Assembly: GCA_035633875.1 (NCBI GenBank)
Contig: DASQEB010000617.1
Location: forward strand, 1-48,675
Reading direction: 5' to 3'
Length of the DNA: 48,675 nt
DNA from: Thermoanaerobaculia bacterium
GTDB taxonomy: Bacteria; Acidobacteriota; Thermoanaerobaculia; Multivoradales; UBA5704
Shown: positions 19,062 to 26,136 of the stretch, one piece after another
Position numbering within the stretch: the first letter of the stretch is position 1
Layout of the letters: the number at the start of each line of letters is the position of its first letter
Program-made: the position numbers and the translations under genes
Notes under the pieces: generated by a model
The model's database searches: none
The model's input: the letters and a program-made list of their open reading frames with translations, nothing else
What the model was told of the DNA's origin: nothing

Positions 19062-19510
19062 GGAGCATTCCCCCTCCCGCGAGCCATCGGAAGGGGAGGG
19101 AATGCCTCATTCCCCGTTCTTCGCGTGATCCGCAGAGGAGCTGACGCCCCATTCCCCCGAGGGAACGCTCCTCGAACAGCCCTGCATACTGCGCGAAGGA
19201 CTGAAAAAATCGCATTCCCCCCTTCACGAGAGATTCGAACGACGGGGAAAGCCTCATTCCCCGCAGGGAATGCCCTGTCGATCGGTCTTCGTACGTCGCG
19301 AAGAGGAGGGAACGCTCCATTCCCCTCGGGGAACGTGTCCTGTCAGGCTCTCGCGAGCGAGAGCAAGGGGACGGAAGGTTGTACTCATTGCACTGCGCGA
19401 AGCTAGAAAAGGAGGGAATGCCCCATTCCCTGGAGGGAAAGGGGCTTTTTCCCGGTTGCGGGAGACTCGTCAAGGAAAGAAGAAGGCATGATAGGAGGGA
19501 ATGGCTCGCT
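19062..19510. repeat. array of short hairpin palindromes (GGGAATGCCYCATTCCC and half-sites) phased at multiples of 21 bp
   Basis: CATTCC starts at 19066, 19108, 19150, 19213, 19255, 19318 and 19424. The successive differences are 42, 42, 63, 42, 63 and 106. Full palindromes lie at 19098-19115, 19244-19262, 19308-19325 and 19414-19430. Extra GGAACGCTCC / GGAATGCCC half-sites lie at 19162, 19267 and 19329. The overlapping track ORFs on both strands have repeat-driven, non-protein-like translations. Confidence 0.8.
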
Positions 19511-19596
19511 TTGAGTCTCGTCCGCTTGGAAAACACCAGAAAATCCTTTCTGGAGTCCAAGAGGGCCGCAAGGCAGACCTTTCCGGATGAATAGGG

Positions 19597-20913
19597 CTAC
19601 GACTCCCTCCTGTACCACCTTCGCCGAAGGATCATCGCAAGCTCCCGGAAGGCACTTGCCTGTACACTTCTTCGCTCAACCCCCTCCTGGAGGATCCGCC
19701 ACGAGCGCAGGATGTCACCGTGGAGCTTCCAGGCTTCGAGGATCGGGTAGACGTGGGAGAGTATCTGTGCTGACTCCGCGACTCGTGCCTGAGAGGCGAG
19801 CACTTCCGCCAGATCGAGGGAAGCCAGGATCAGATCGAGCTCGAAGCTGTTCTCTACGTAGAGCTCTACAAGCTCGCGGAAGAAGCGCTCTGCCGTGCGT
19901 AGATCACCCTCGGTCCGCGCGATGTTGGCTTTCAGATGCAACAGGCGACCCGTCCAGAACACGTCCGTAAACCTGTCGTAGAGATAGCGGTAGGTTGCGA
20001 GAATCTGGGCGGCCTCTTCCGGGTTCCCCAACTCGTTGGTCCAGAATGCGAGCAGGTGTCTCCCGACGAGATCGAGGTGAGGGTCTTTGTCCGGCTCCAG
20101 GAGCAAGATTCCTTTCTCGGCCAAATCCAGTCCCAGGGCCGGATCGACAAAGCCGATGAATGAGGATTGTTTCAGGACGAGTCGACCCTCGAGCTGGCGA
20201 TCCTGGATACGGCGGGCACACCTGATTCCCCGGCTCAAAATCTTGGCCGCATCCTCCAGATAACCGAGGTCTGCCCTCAAAGAGGAGAAGATGGAGATGA
20301 GATTGGCTCTTCCATAGAGATCTCCAGTTCCCTTGTCGAGCCGCTCCTTTGCGGACTCCAGAGCCGCTTCTGCTCCCGCGAAATCGCCTGCCAGTCTCTT
20401 TGCGTTCCCGAGGACAATGTATGCGCCTGCCTTGAAATCACAGATTCTTTCCTGCCCGTATGCTTCTATGTCCAACTGCTCCGCAATCGCCAGAGCAAGA
20501 TGGGCAAGGTCGACCCCTTGGAGAGGATCATTCCGGGCGGTTGTTCTTGCCTGGTCTACTACCCGCTCGTACATGCCCCATGTGCGATAGCTGTCGACAT
20601 TCTTGATGATGAACAGACGGCTCTCTGGTGGTTCGCTCAGGAGCTTGGGCCACAACTCATCAGCAATCCGCCGCTCGGCCTGGACCTCGTTTTGAGCGAC
20701 CACATAGGCGAGCTCGAGGCGGCGGAGGAGCGCGGTATAGTCCGGCTCCTGGTTCCCTGGAGCGACTGCCGCTCGTACCAACTCAAGACACGGCTTACAC
20801 CTTGAGAGGAGATGACGCACGATCCGTTGCTTCTCCTCGGGAGGCAAGGTCTCAGCCAAGAGACGATCTACTTGCTCCCTCGATGCATGGGCATGATTCT
20901 TCGCCATTTCCAT
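19597..20913 (-). CDS. cytoplasmic zf-HC2 (anti-sigma-like zinc finger) plus TPR-like helical repeat protein
   Basis: 438 aa. N-terminal H-x3-C-x2-C (HLLSRCKPC), no transmembrane helix, and a long all-helical repeat region. It is clearly more A/T-rich than the flanking genes. Confidence 0.75.
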   Translation of the reverse strand: MEMAKNHAHASREQVDRLLAETLPPEEKQRIVRHLLSRCKPCLELVRAAVAPGNQEPDYTALLRRLELAYVVAQNEVQAERRIADELWPKLLSEPPESRLFIIKNVDSYRTWGMYERVVDQARTTARNDPLQGVDLAHLALAIAEQLDIEAYGQERICDFKAGAYIVLGNAKRLAGDFAGAEAALESAKERLDKGTGDLYGRANLISIFSSLRADLGYLEDAAKILSRGIRCARRIQDRQLEGRLVLKQSSFIGFVDPALGLDLAEKGILLLEPDKDPHLDLVGRHLLAFWTNELGNPEEAAQILATYRYLYDRFTDVFWTGRLLHLKANIARTEGDLRTAERFFRELVELYVENSFELDLILASLDLAEVLASQARVAESAQILSHVYPILEAWKLHGDILRSWRILQEGVERRSVQASAFRELAMILRRRWYRRES

Positions 20914-21101
20914 CCCGGCATCCCATGATGAAAGTCGTTCTCGCCAGAATCGCTCTCAAGAGCCCGGACCTATGGACGCGAGTGGCATCCGGCGGCCCCG
21001 CAGCCTGGAAGCCGTGTCGTGCCTGGAGGAGAATCATACACCAAAGGAAGAAACGCCGGGGAGCCCCCGGCGCAAGAGGACACGACTCCAGGATGCAGGG
21101 T

Positions 21102-21416
21102 TCAGCTACCGCAGGCGGTCGCCCCGTCAGGGTCGCAAGCCCCCCGGCCGTCACTGTCGACGGTCAGCCCATTCGGGTCTGCTGCTCCCCGTCCATCCGT
21201 GGTTTCGATTTCTCCGAGGGGGGCAAGCGTGAGTCCTCCATCCATTTCATCTGCTGCCCAGAGGGACGCGATTGGGGTGTACAGGCATTCCCAGAGGGCA
21301 GAGAAGAAGCTGGAGAGGGTGTCCACGCGCCCGTCCCCCGTCTGAGCCTGTAGAGGCAGGCACAGGACCAGGGAGAGGCAGAGGACGGCGAGGGTGCAGC
21401 GGGTACGATTGGACAT
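21102..21416 (-). CDS. small secreted protein with Asp/Gly-rich tandem motif
   Basis: 104 aa. Signal peptide MSNRTRCTLAVLCLSLVLCLPLQAQT. The C-terminus has a duplicated DGRGA(A/C)DP(N/D)G motif and ends in ATACGS. It lies 188 nt upstream of the zf-HC2/TPR gene on the same strand. Confidence 0.6.
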   Translation of the reverse strand: MSNRTRCTLAVLCLSLVLCLPLQAQTGDGRVDTLSSFFSALWECLYTPIASLWAADEMDGGLTLAPLGEIETTDGRGAADPNGLTVDSDGRGACDPDGATACGS

Positions 21417-21565
21417 GCTGATTTCCTTCCAGGAGGGATGGGCACCACGGGCGGGATTGCCGAGGGTGCGGAGCTCCTCCTAGAGAGGAAGTGAACACCA
21501 AGAGCAACCAGTTGACCGTGTGGCGGTGGCGCTCCAGGCACGGCGGTACGAAACAAAAGCTGGCC

Positions 21566-21960
21566 GGAGTGTTCCGCAAATCCCGTGGAATGCTCCACCG
21601 CCACCGCGGAATGCTCCGCAACCTCTCCGGAGCCTTTCCGGCCCCTTCGGAAGGTTCCGTTGCCCTCGCGGAACGCTCCTCGACCTCCTGGAGCATTCCC
21701 GACCTCTCCCGGAACGCTCCGCGGCCTCTCGGGAACGTTCCGCGGCGGCTCCGGACGCCCATGACCCTTCCGGAAGTCTTCCGGAGCGCTTCTCGAACGT
21801 TCCGCGGCGCCCGCGGAGCGTTCCAGAAGCCCTTCCGAACGTTCCGCAGCCCTTCCGAAGGTTCCCCGGCGACTGCAAAGCGTTCCGTGGAGAGGCCGGA
21901 GCGTTCCGCGATCCTTCTGGAATGCTCCGGGACTTGGGCGGAGTGCTCCGCGGCAGGGGC
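21566..21960 (+). repeat. about 19 head-to-tail 21-bp tandem repeats with palindromic GGAAYGYTCC core
   Basis: Core starts read at 21566, 21587, 21608, 21629, 21649, 21670, 21690, 21711, 21732, 21753 (degenerate), 21772, 21794, 21815, 21836, 21856, 21877, 21898, 21919 and 21940. Spacing is 19-22 bp, mostly 21. Approximate consensus is GGAAYGYTCCGCGRCCYCTCC. The unit at 21732 carries the perfect palindrome GGAACGTTCC. Confidence 0.9.
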
Positions 21961-22020
21961 GGATAGACAGTCGATCGCGCGCGGATATACCCCTTGGGCA
22001 GGATGCTATTCTCTTCTGCC

Positions 22021-22263
22021 ATGTCCGAACGAGTCACGATCCGTCTGCCTGCAGATCTGAGCCAAGCTCTTGAGGCCGCCTCGGCCCGCCTGCGGTGCAG
22101 GAGGTCGGATGTCGTCCGGCTGGCCCTCTATCAGTTCTTGGGCCTTGTTTCGGAGGATGACGGGATGCCTTCAGCCCGGGTCCAACACCTGATTGGTTCT
22201 CTGGAAACGGGTATCCCCGAGTTGGCTGAGAATCATCGCGCGTATATCCTGGAAGCTCTTTAA
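22021..22263 (+). CDS. ribbon-helix-helix (CopG/Arc/MetJ-type) DNA-binding protein
   Basis: Start taken at MSERVTIRLPADLSQALE.., the classic RHH beta-strand plus helix A, followed by RSDVVRLALYQFL (helix B). The track ORF begins at 21994. The start codon lies about 60 bp after the end of the 21-bp array. Confidence 0.7.
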   Translation: MSERVTIRLPADLSQALEAASARLRCRRSDVVRLALYQFLGLVSEDDGMPSARVQHLIGSLETGIPELAENHRAYILEAL

Positions 22264-22393
22264 GTTGTCCTCCTCTTCTCACGGCAGCGGCGGGACGGCT
22301 CGGAAAGGGGGAACCGGGGAGATGAGTTCCCGATCAAGGTATACTTTCCTCGGTGACGTGCTTTTCGGGAATCCGACATCAGAGGAAGGACCA

Positions 22394-22609
22394 GTGACTT
22401 TCCACGTAACGCTTGAACAGGCCGAAGACGGTTGGATCGTGGCGGAGTGCCCGGCACTGCCGGGATGTGTTTCGCAGGGCCGGGACGAGAAGGAGGCTCT
22501 CGAAAACATCCGGGAGGCGATCACCGCCTGGTTGTGGGCGGAAGACCAGAAGGCGGTCGCCGCTCTCCCGAAGCGCGAAGGGCATCTGCCCGTGGTGGTC
22601 GCCGTCTAG
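22394..22609 (+). CDS. HicB-family (UPF0150) antitoxin-like protein
   Basis: The segment FHVTLEQAEDGWIVAECPALPGCVSQGRDEKEALENIREAI is the canonical HicB N-domain pattern. GTG at 22394 is preceded by AGAGGAAGGA. An alternative ATG is at 22322. No hicA is visible on either side. Confidence 0.75.
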   Translation: MTFHVTLEQAEDGWIVAECPALPGCVSQGRDEKEALENIREAITAWLWAEDQKAVAALPKREGHLPVVVAV

Positions 22610-22723
22610 AATCCCCCGGGAACACCCCGGCCCCCGGGAACGTTTTCCTCTCGGCGCAAAACTTCCGCCCGGGGCCGACGTAGATGGCCTCGGGGAGATC
22701 CTGTCTCTGAAAGGAGCCTTTGT

Positions 22724-25700
22724 GTGCGCAAACTGACTCTCGTTCTGGCTTTCCTCCTCCTGCCGGCGGCGGCTTCGGCCCAGGCCGGCGGGGAGACGCG
22801 CCTTCTGCGCTTTCCCGACATCTGTGGCGACACGGTCGTCTTCACCTATGGGGGCGACCTCTGGCTCACCGGCGCCGAGGGCGGGCTGGCCCGGCGGCTG
22901 ACCTCGGACCGCGGCGAGGAGCTGTTCCCGAAGCTCTCGCCGGACTGCAGGCAGGTCGCCTTCACCGGTCAGTACAGCGGCACCCGCCAGATCCATGTGA
23001 TCAGCGTGGACGGCGGCGCGCCCCGCCAGCTCACGTTCCGCAACGACGTCGGCACGCTGCCGCCCCGCGGCGGCATCGACAATCAGGTCTTCGGGTGGAC
23101 CCCGGACGGCAAGAGCATCCTGTTCAAGTCCCACCGGGCGCCCTGGAGCGAGCGGATCGGGCGGCCGTACCTGGTGCCGGTCAACGGCGGCATGGAGAAG
23201 CCGCTGCCGCTCCGGGAGACTTCGACCGGCACGCTGTCCCCGGATGGCAACCGGTACGCCTTCGCCCCGGTGATGAACGAGTTCCGCGGCTGGAAGCGCT
23301 ACTACGGCGGCCGGGCCTCGGACATCTGGATCTACGACCTCCGCAACGACACGGCCGAGCAGATCACGAAGGAGCCCAGCATCGACGACCAGCCGGTCTG
23401 GATCGGCAACACCGTCTATTTCGTCTCGAACCGGGACAGGACCGCCAACCTCTTCGCCTATGACACCAACGCCAAGGCGGTCCGCAAGGTGACCAACCAC
23501 ACCGACTTCGACGTGTTCTGGCCGAGCGGCGACGACCGCCGCATCGTGTATGAGAACGGCGGGTGGATCTATCTCTTCGATCCGGCCACGGGCCGCAGCA
23601 ACAAGGTCCCGGTCCGCGTCGAGGGCGACCTGCCCCACACCCTGCCCTACTTCAAGAACGTGGTCGAGGACATCCAGGTCTTCGGCATCTCTCCCACCGG
23701 CAAGCGGGCCGTCTTCGGCGCCCGCGGCGACGTCTTCACCGTGCCGGCGGAGAAGGGCGAGATCCGCAACCTCACCAACTCTCCCGGAGTGCGGGAGATG
23801 GACCCGACCTGGTCGCCCGACGGCCGCTGGGTCGCCTATCTCTCCGACCGGACGGGCGAGTACGAGATCTGGGTCCGCCCCGGCGACGGCTCGGGCGAAG
23901 AGCGCCGGGTCACCAAGGACGGCACCATCTGGCGCTTCCCCCCGGTCTGGTCCCCCGACTCGAAGAAGCTCGCCTTTGGCGACCAGAACTGGAAGGTCCT
24001 CTGGGCCGACGTCGAGAGCGGCAAGGTCACCGAGGTCGACCGCGACGAGGAAGGCTCCATCACCGATTACACCTGGGCGCCCGACAGCCGCTGGCTCGCC
24101 TACACCAAGGTCGGAGCCTCGCAGATGCCGTCCATCTGGCTCTACAACCTGGACGACCGCAAGGCCCGCCAGCTCACGAGCGACCTCACGGCGGAGTTCT
24201 CGCCGGTGTTCGAGCCCAACGGGCGCTACATCTACTTCCTCTCGAACCGCGACTTCAACCTGACCTTCAGCGGCTACGAGTTCGCCTACGTCTACACCAA
24301 CCCCACCCGGGTCTACGTCGGCGTCCTCTCCAAGGAGGGCCCGGCCCTGTTCCTGCCGCAGAGCGACGAAGAGGAGCCGAAGAAGCCGGAGACGGTCGGG
24401 CTCCGGATCGCGGACGCGCAGGAGGGGCCGGCGCCGGCCGGCAAGGGTGGAAGCTCCACGGACGAGGCCAAGGGGGACTCCACCAAGAAGACGGCCGTGC
24501 GGGTGAAGGTCGACTTCGACGGCTTCGAGACCCGGGTGCGGGCCATCCCCGCCGCGCCCGGCAACTATCAGGACCTCTCCGCCAACGCCGACGCCGTCTT
24601 TTACCGCTCGGGAGGCAACGGCGGCGGCCCGCCGGCCCTCAAAATGTTCAGCCTCAAGGACGAGAAGGAGGCTACGATCCTCGAGGGCGTCCAGGCCTAC
24701 GAGCTGTCGGCCGACGGCAAGAAGATCCTCTACAACCAGAGGGACACCTACGGCATCGTCGACGCCAAGCCGGGCGTGAAGCCGGGGGACGGCAAGATCG
24801 CCCTCGACAACATGGAGCTCCAGATCCATCCGCGCGAGGAGTGGCGTCAGATGTACGTGGATGCCTGGCGCACCATGCGCGACTGGTTCTACGACCCGGC
24901 CATGCATGGGACGGACTGGAAGGCGATGCGCGACCGGTACGCCGAGATGCTGCCCTTCATATCCACCCGCTCGGATCTCGACTACCTGCTGACCGAGCTG
25001 GGAGGCGAGCTCTCCGCCGGCCACGTCTACGTCCAGCCCGGCAACGCGCCCGGCCCGGAGCGGGTCGAGAACGGCCTCTTGGGTGCCGAGGTCGAACTGC
25101 ACTCGTCCGGCTACTACCGCGTTGCCCACATCTACCCGGGGGAGAACTGGCACGCGAATTTCCGTTCGCCGCTGACCGAGCCGGGCGTCAACGTCAAGGT
25201 GGGCCACTACATCCTGGCCGTGGACGGCCAGCCCACGAACAAGGTGGACAACTTCTACCGGCTGCTCCAGAACAAGGCCGACCGGGTGGTGACCCTGCAG
25301 GTCAACACCGAGCCTTCACTGAAGGGAGCGTGGGAGGAGAGGGTGCGGCCGATCAGCAACGAGCAGAACCTGTACTACCTGGACTGGGTGGTGAAGACCC
25401 GGGAGAAGGTGGAGAAGGCCTCCAACGGCCGGATCGGCTACATCCACCTGCCCAACACGGCCGTCGAGGGCAACCGCGAGCTGTTCAAGTACTTCTACCC
25501 GCAGGCCAACAAGGACGCTCTCATCCTCGACGACCGCTACAACGGCGGCGGCTTCATCCCCGACCAGATGATCCAGTTGCTCAGCCGTCCGCATCTCAAC
25601 TACTGGGTCATCCGCAGCGGGTCTGCCGGGACGACGCCGGTGTTCGTCAACACCGGCCCCAAGGTCGCCCTGATCAACGGCCAGGCGGGCTCGGGCGGCG

Positions 25701-26038
25701 ACGCCTTCCCGTACTACTTCAAAAAGACGGGCCTGGGCCCGCTGATCGGCACTGCCACCTGGGGCGGTCTCATCGGCCTTTCCGGCAGCCCGAGCCTCGT
25801 CGATGGCGGCTCCCTCAGCACGCCGACCTTCCGTTTCCTCACCACCGAGGGGGAGTGGGCCGTCGAGGCGGAGGGCGTCAAGCCCGACATCGAGGTCGTC
25901 GACCGGCCCGACGCCCTGGCCCGGGGAGAGGACCCGACCCTCGAAGCGGGCATCGCGTACCTCCTGAAGGAGCTCGAGAAGAGCCCGCCGAAGGAACTGG
26001 TCGTCCCGCCGCCCCCCAAGGGCGGGGCGCCGCGGTAG
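22724..26038 (+). CDS. tricorn protease homolog (S41 family, beta-propeller + PDZ + peptidase domains)
   Basis: 1104 aa. GTG start 7 nt after AAGGAG, and a signal peptide. The N-terminal FPDICGDTVVFTYGGDLW is typical of tricorn. TolB-like propeller repeats (WSPDG.., ..YLSDR) are present, as is a C-terminal S41 domain with the GQAGSGGDAFP serine motif. Confidence 0.9.
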   Translation: MRKLTLVLAFLLLPAAASAQAGGETRLLRFPDICGDTVVFTYGGDLWLTGAEGGLARRLTSDRGEELFPKLSPDCRQVAFTGQYSGTRQIHVISVDGGAPRQLTFRNDVGTLPPRGGIDNQVFGWTPDGKSILFKSHRAPWSERIGRPYLVPVNGGMEKPLPLRETSTGTLSPDGNRYAFAPVMNEFRGWKRYYGGRASDIWIYDLRNDTAEQITKEPSIDDQPVWIGNTVYFVSNRDRTANLFAYDTNAKAVRKVTNHTDFDVFWPSGDDRRIVYENGGWIYLFDPATGRSNKVPVRVEGDLPHTLPYFKNVVEDIQVFGISPTGKRAVFGARGDVFTVPAEKGEIRNLTNSPGVREMDPTWSPDGRWVAYLSDRTGEYEIWVRPGDGSGEERRVTKDGTIWRFPPVWSPDSKKLAFGDQNWKVLWADVESGKVTEVDRDEEGSITDYTWAPDSRWLAYTKVGASQMPSIWLYNLDDRKARQLTSDLTAEFSPVFEPNGRYIYFLSNRDFNLTFSGYEFAYVYTNPTRVYVGVLSKEGPALFLPQSDEEEPKKPETVGLRIADAQEGPAPAGKGGSSTDEAKGDSTKKTAVRVKVDFDGFETRVRAIPAAPGNYQDLSANADAVFYRSGGNGGGPPALKMFSLKDEKEATILEGVQAYELSADGKKILYNQRDTYGIVDAKPGVKPGDGKIALDNMELQIHPREEWRQMYVDAWRTMRDWFYDPAMHGTDWKAMRDRYAEMLPFISTRSDLDYLLTELGGELSAGHVYVQPGNAPGPERVENGLLGAEVELHSSGYYRVAHIYPGENWHANFRSPLTEPGVNVKVGHYILAVDGQPTNKVDNFYRLLQNKADRVVTLQVNTEPSLKGAWEERVRPISNEQNLYYLDWVVKTREKVEKASNGRIGYIHLPNTAVEGNRELFKYFYPQANKDALILDDRYNGGGFIPDQMIQLLSRPHLNYWVIRSGSAGTTPVFVNTGPKVALINGQAGSGGDAFPYYFKKTGLGPLIGTATWGGLIGLSGSPSLVDGGSLSTPTFRFLTTEGEWAVEAEGVKPDIEVVDRPDALARGEDPTLEAGIAYLLKELEKSPPKELVVPPPPKGGAPR

Positions 26039-26047
26039 GGGCTCTGT

Positions 26048-26084
26048 CCCTGGGAGCGCCGGCGTCTCGCCGGCGCTCCCAGGG
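26048..26084 (+). terminator. strong hairpin after the tricorn-like gene
   Basis: CCCTGGGAGCGCCGGCG / CGCCGGCGCTCCCAGGG is a perfect 17-bp inverted repeat with a 3-nt centre, followed by only a weak T/A tract (GTTAAAAT). Confidence 0.55.
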
Positions 26085-26136
26085 GTTAAAATCCCCCCCT
26101 CCGATTGATCTGCTGTCTGTGTCCCAAGGAGAGCCC

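Noticed and set aside
19062-19510. Possibility that the hairpin repeat region is a CRISPR array.
   Set aside because: The repeats are only about 17-21 nt and variable in sequence. Spacer lengths are irregular (about 20-90 nt). No cas genes or leader are present.
21480-22060. Possibility that the 21-bp array encodes a heptad-repeat protein (ORFs 21491..22060+, 21520..21966+, 21480..22037-).
   Set aside because: Several frames on both strands are open simultaneously, as expected for a stop-free repeat. None has a ribosome-binding site or start context, and the translations lack amphipathic or otherwise protein-like heptads. The minus-strand ORF would overlap the RHH gene start. I keep this as the main alternative to test in the finding.
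22264-22393. Search for a hicA toxin gene next to the HicB-like gene.
   Set aside because: No frame in the gap, nor in 22610-22723, gives a HicA-like peptide. The upstream part of ORF 22193..22609 overlaps the RHH gene end and has no recognisable motif.
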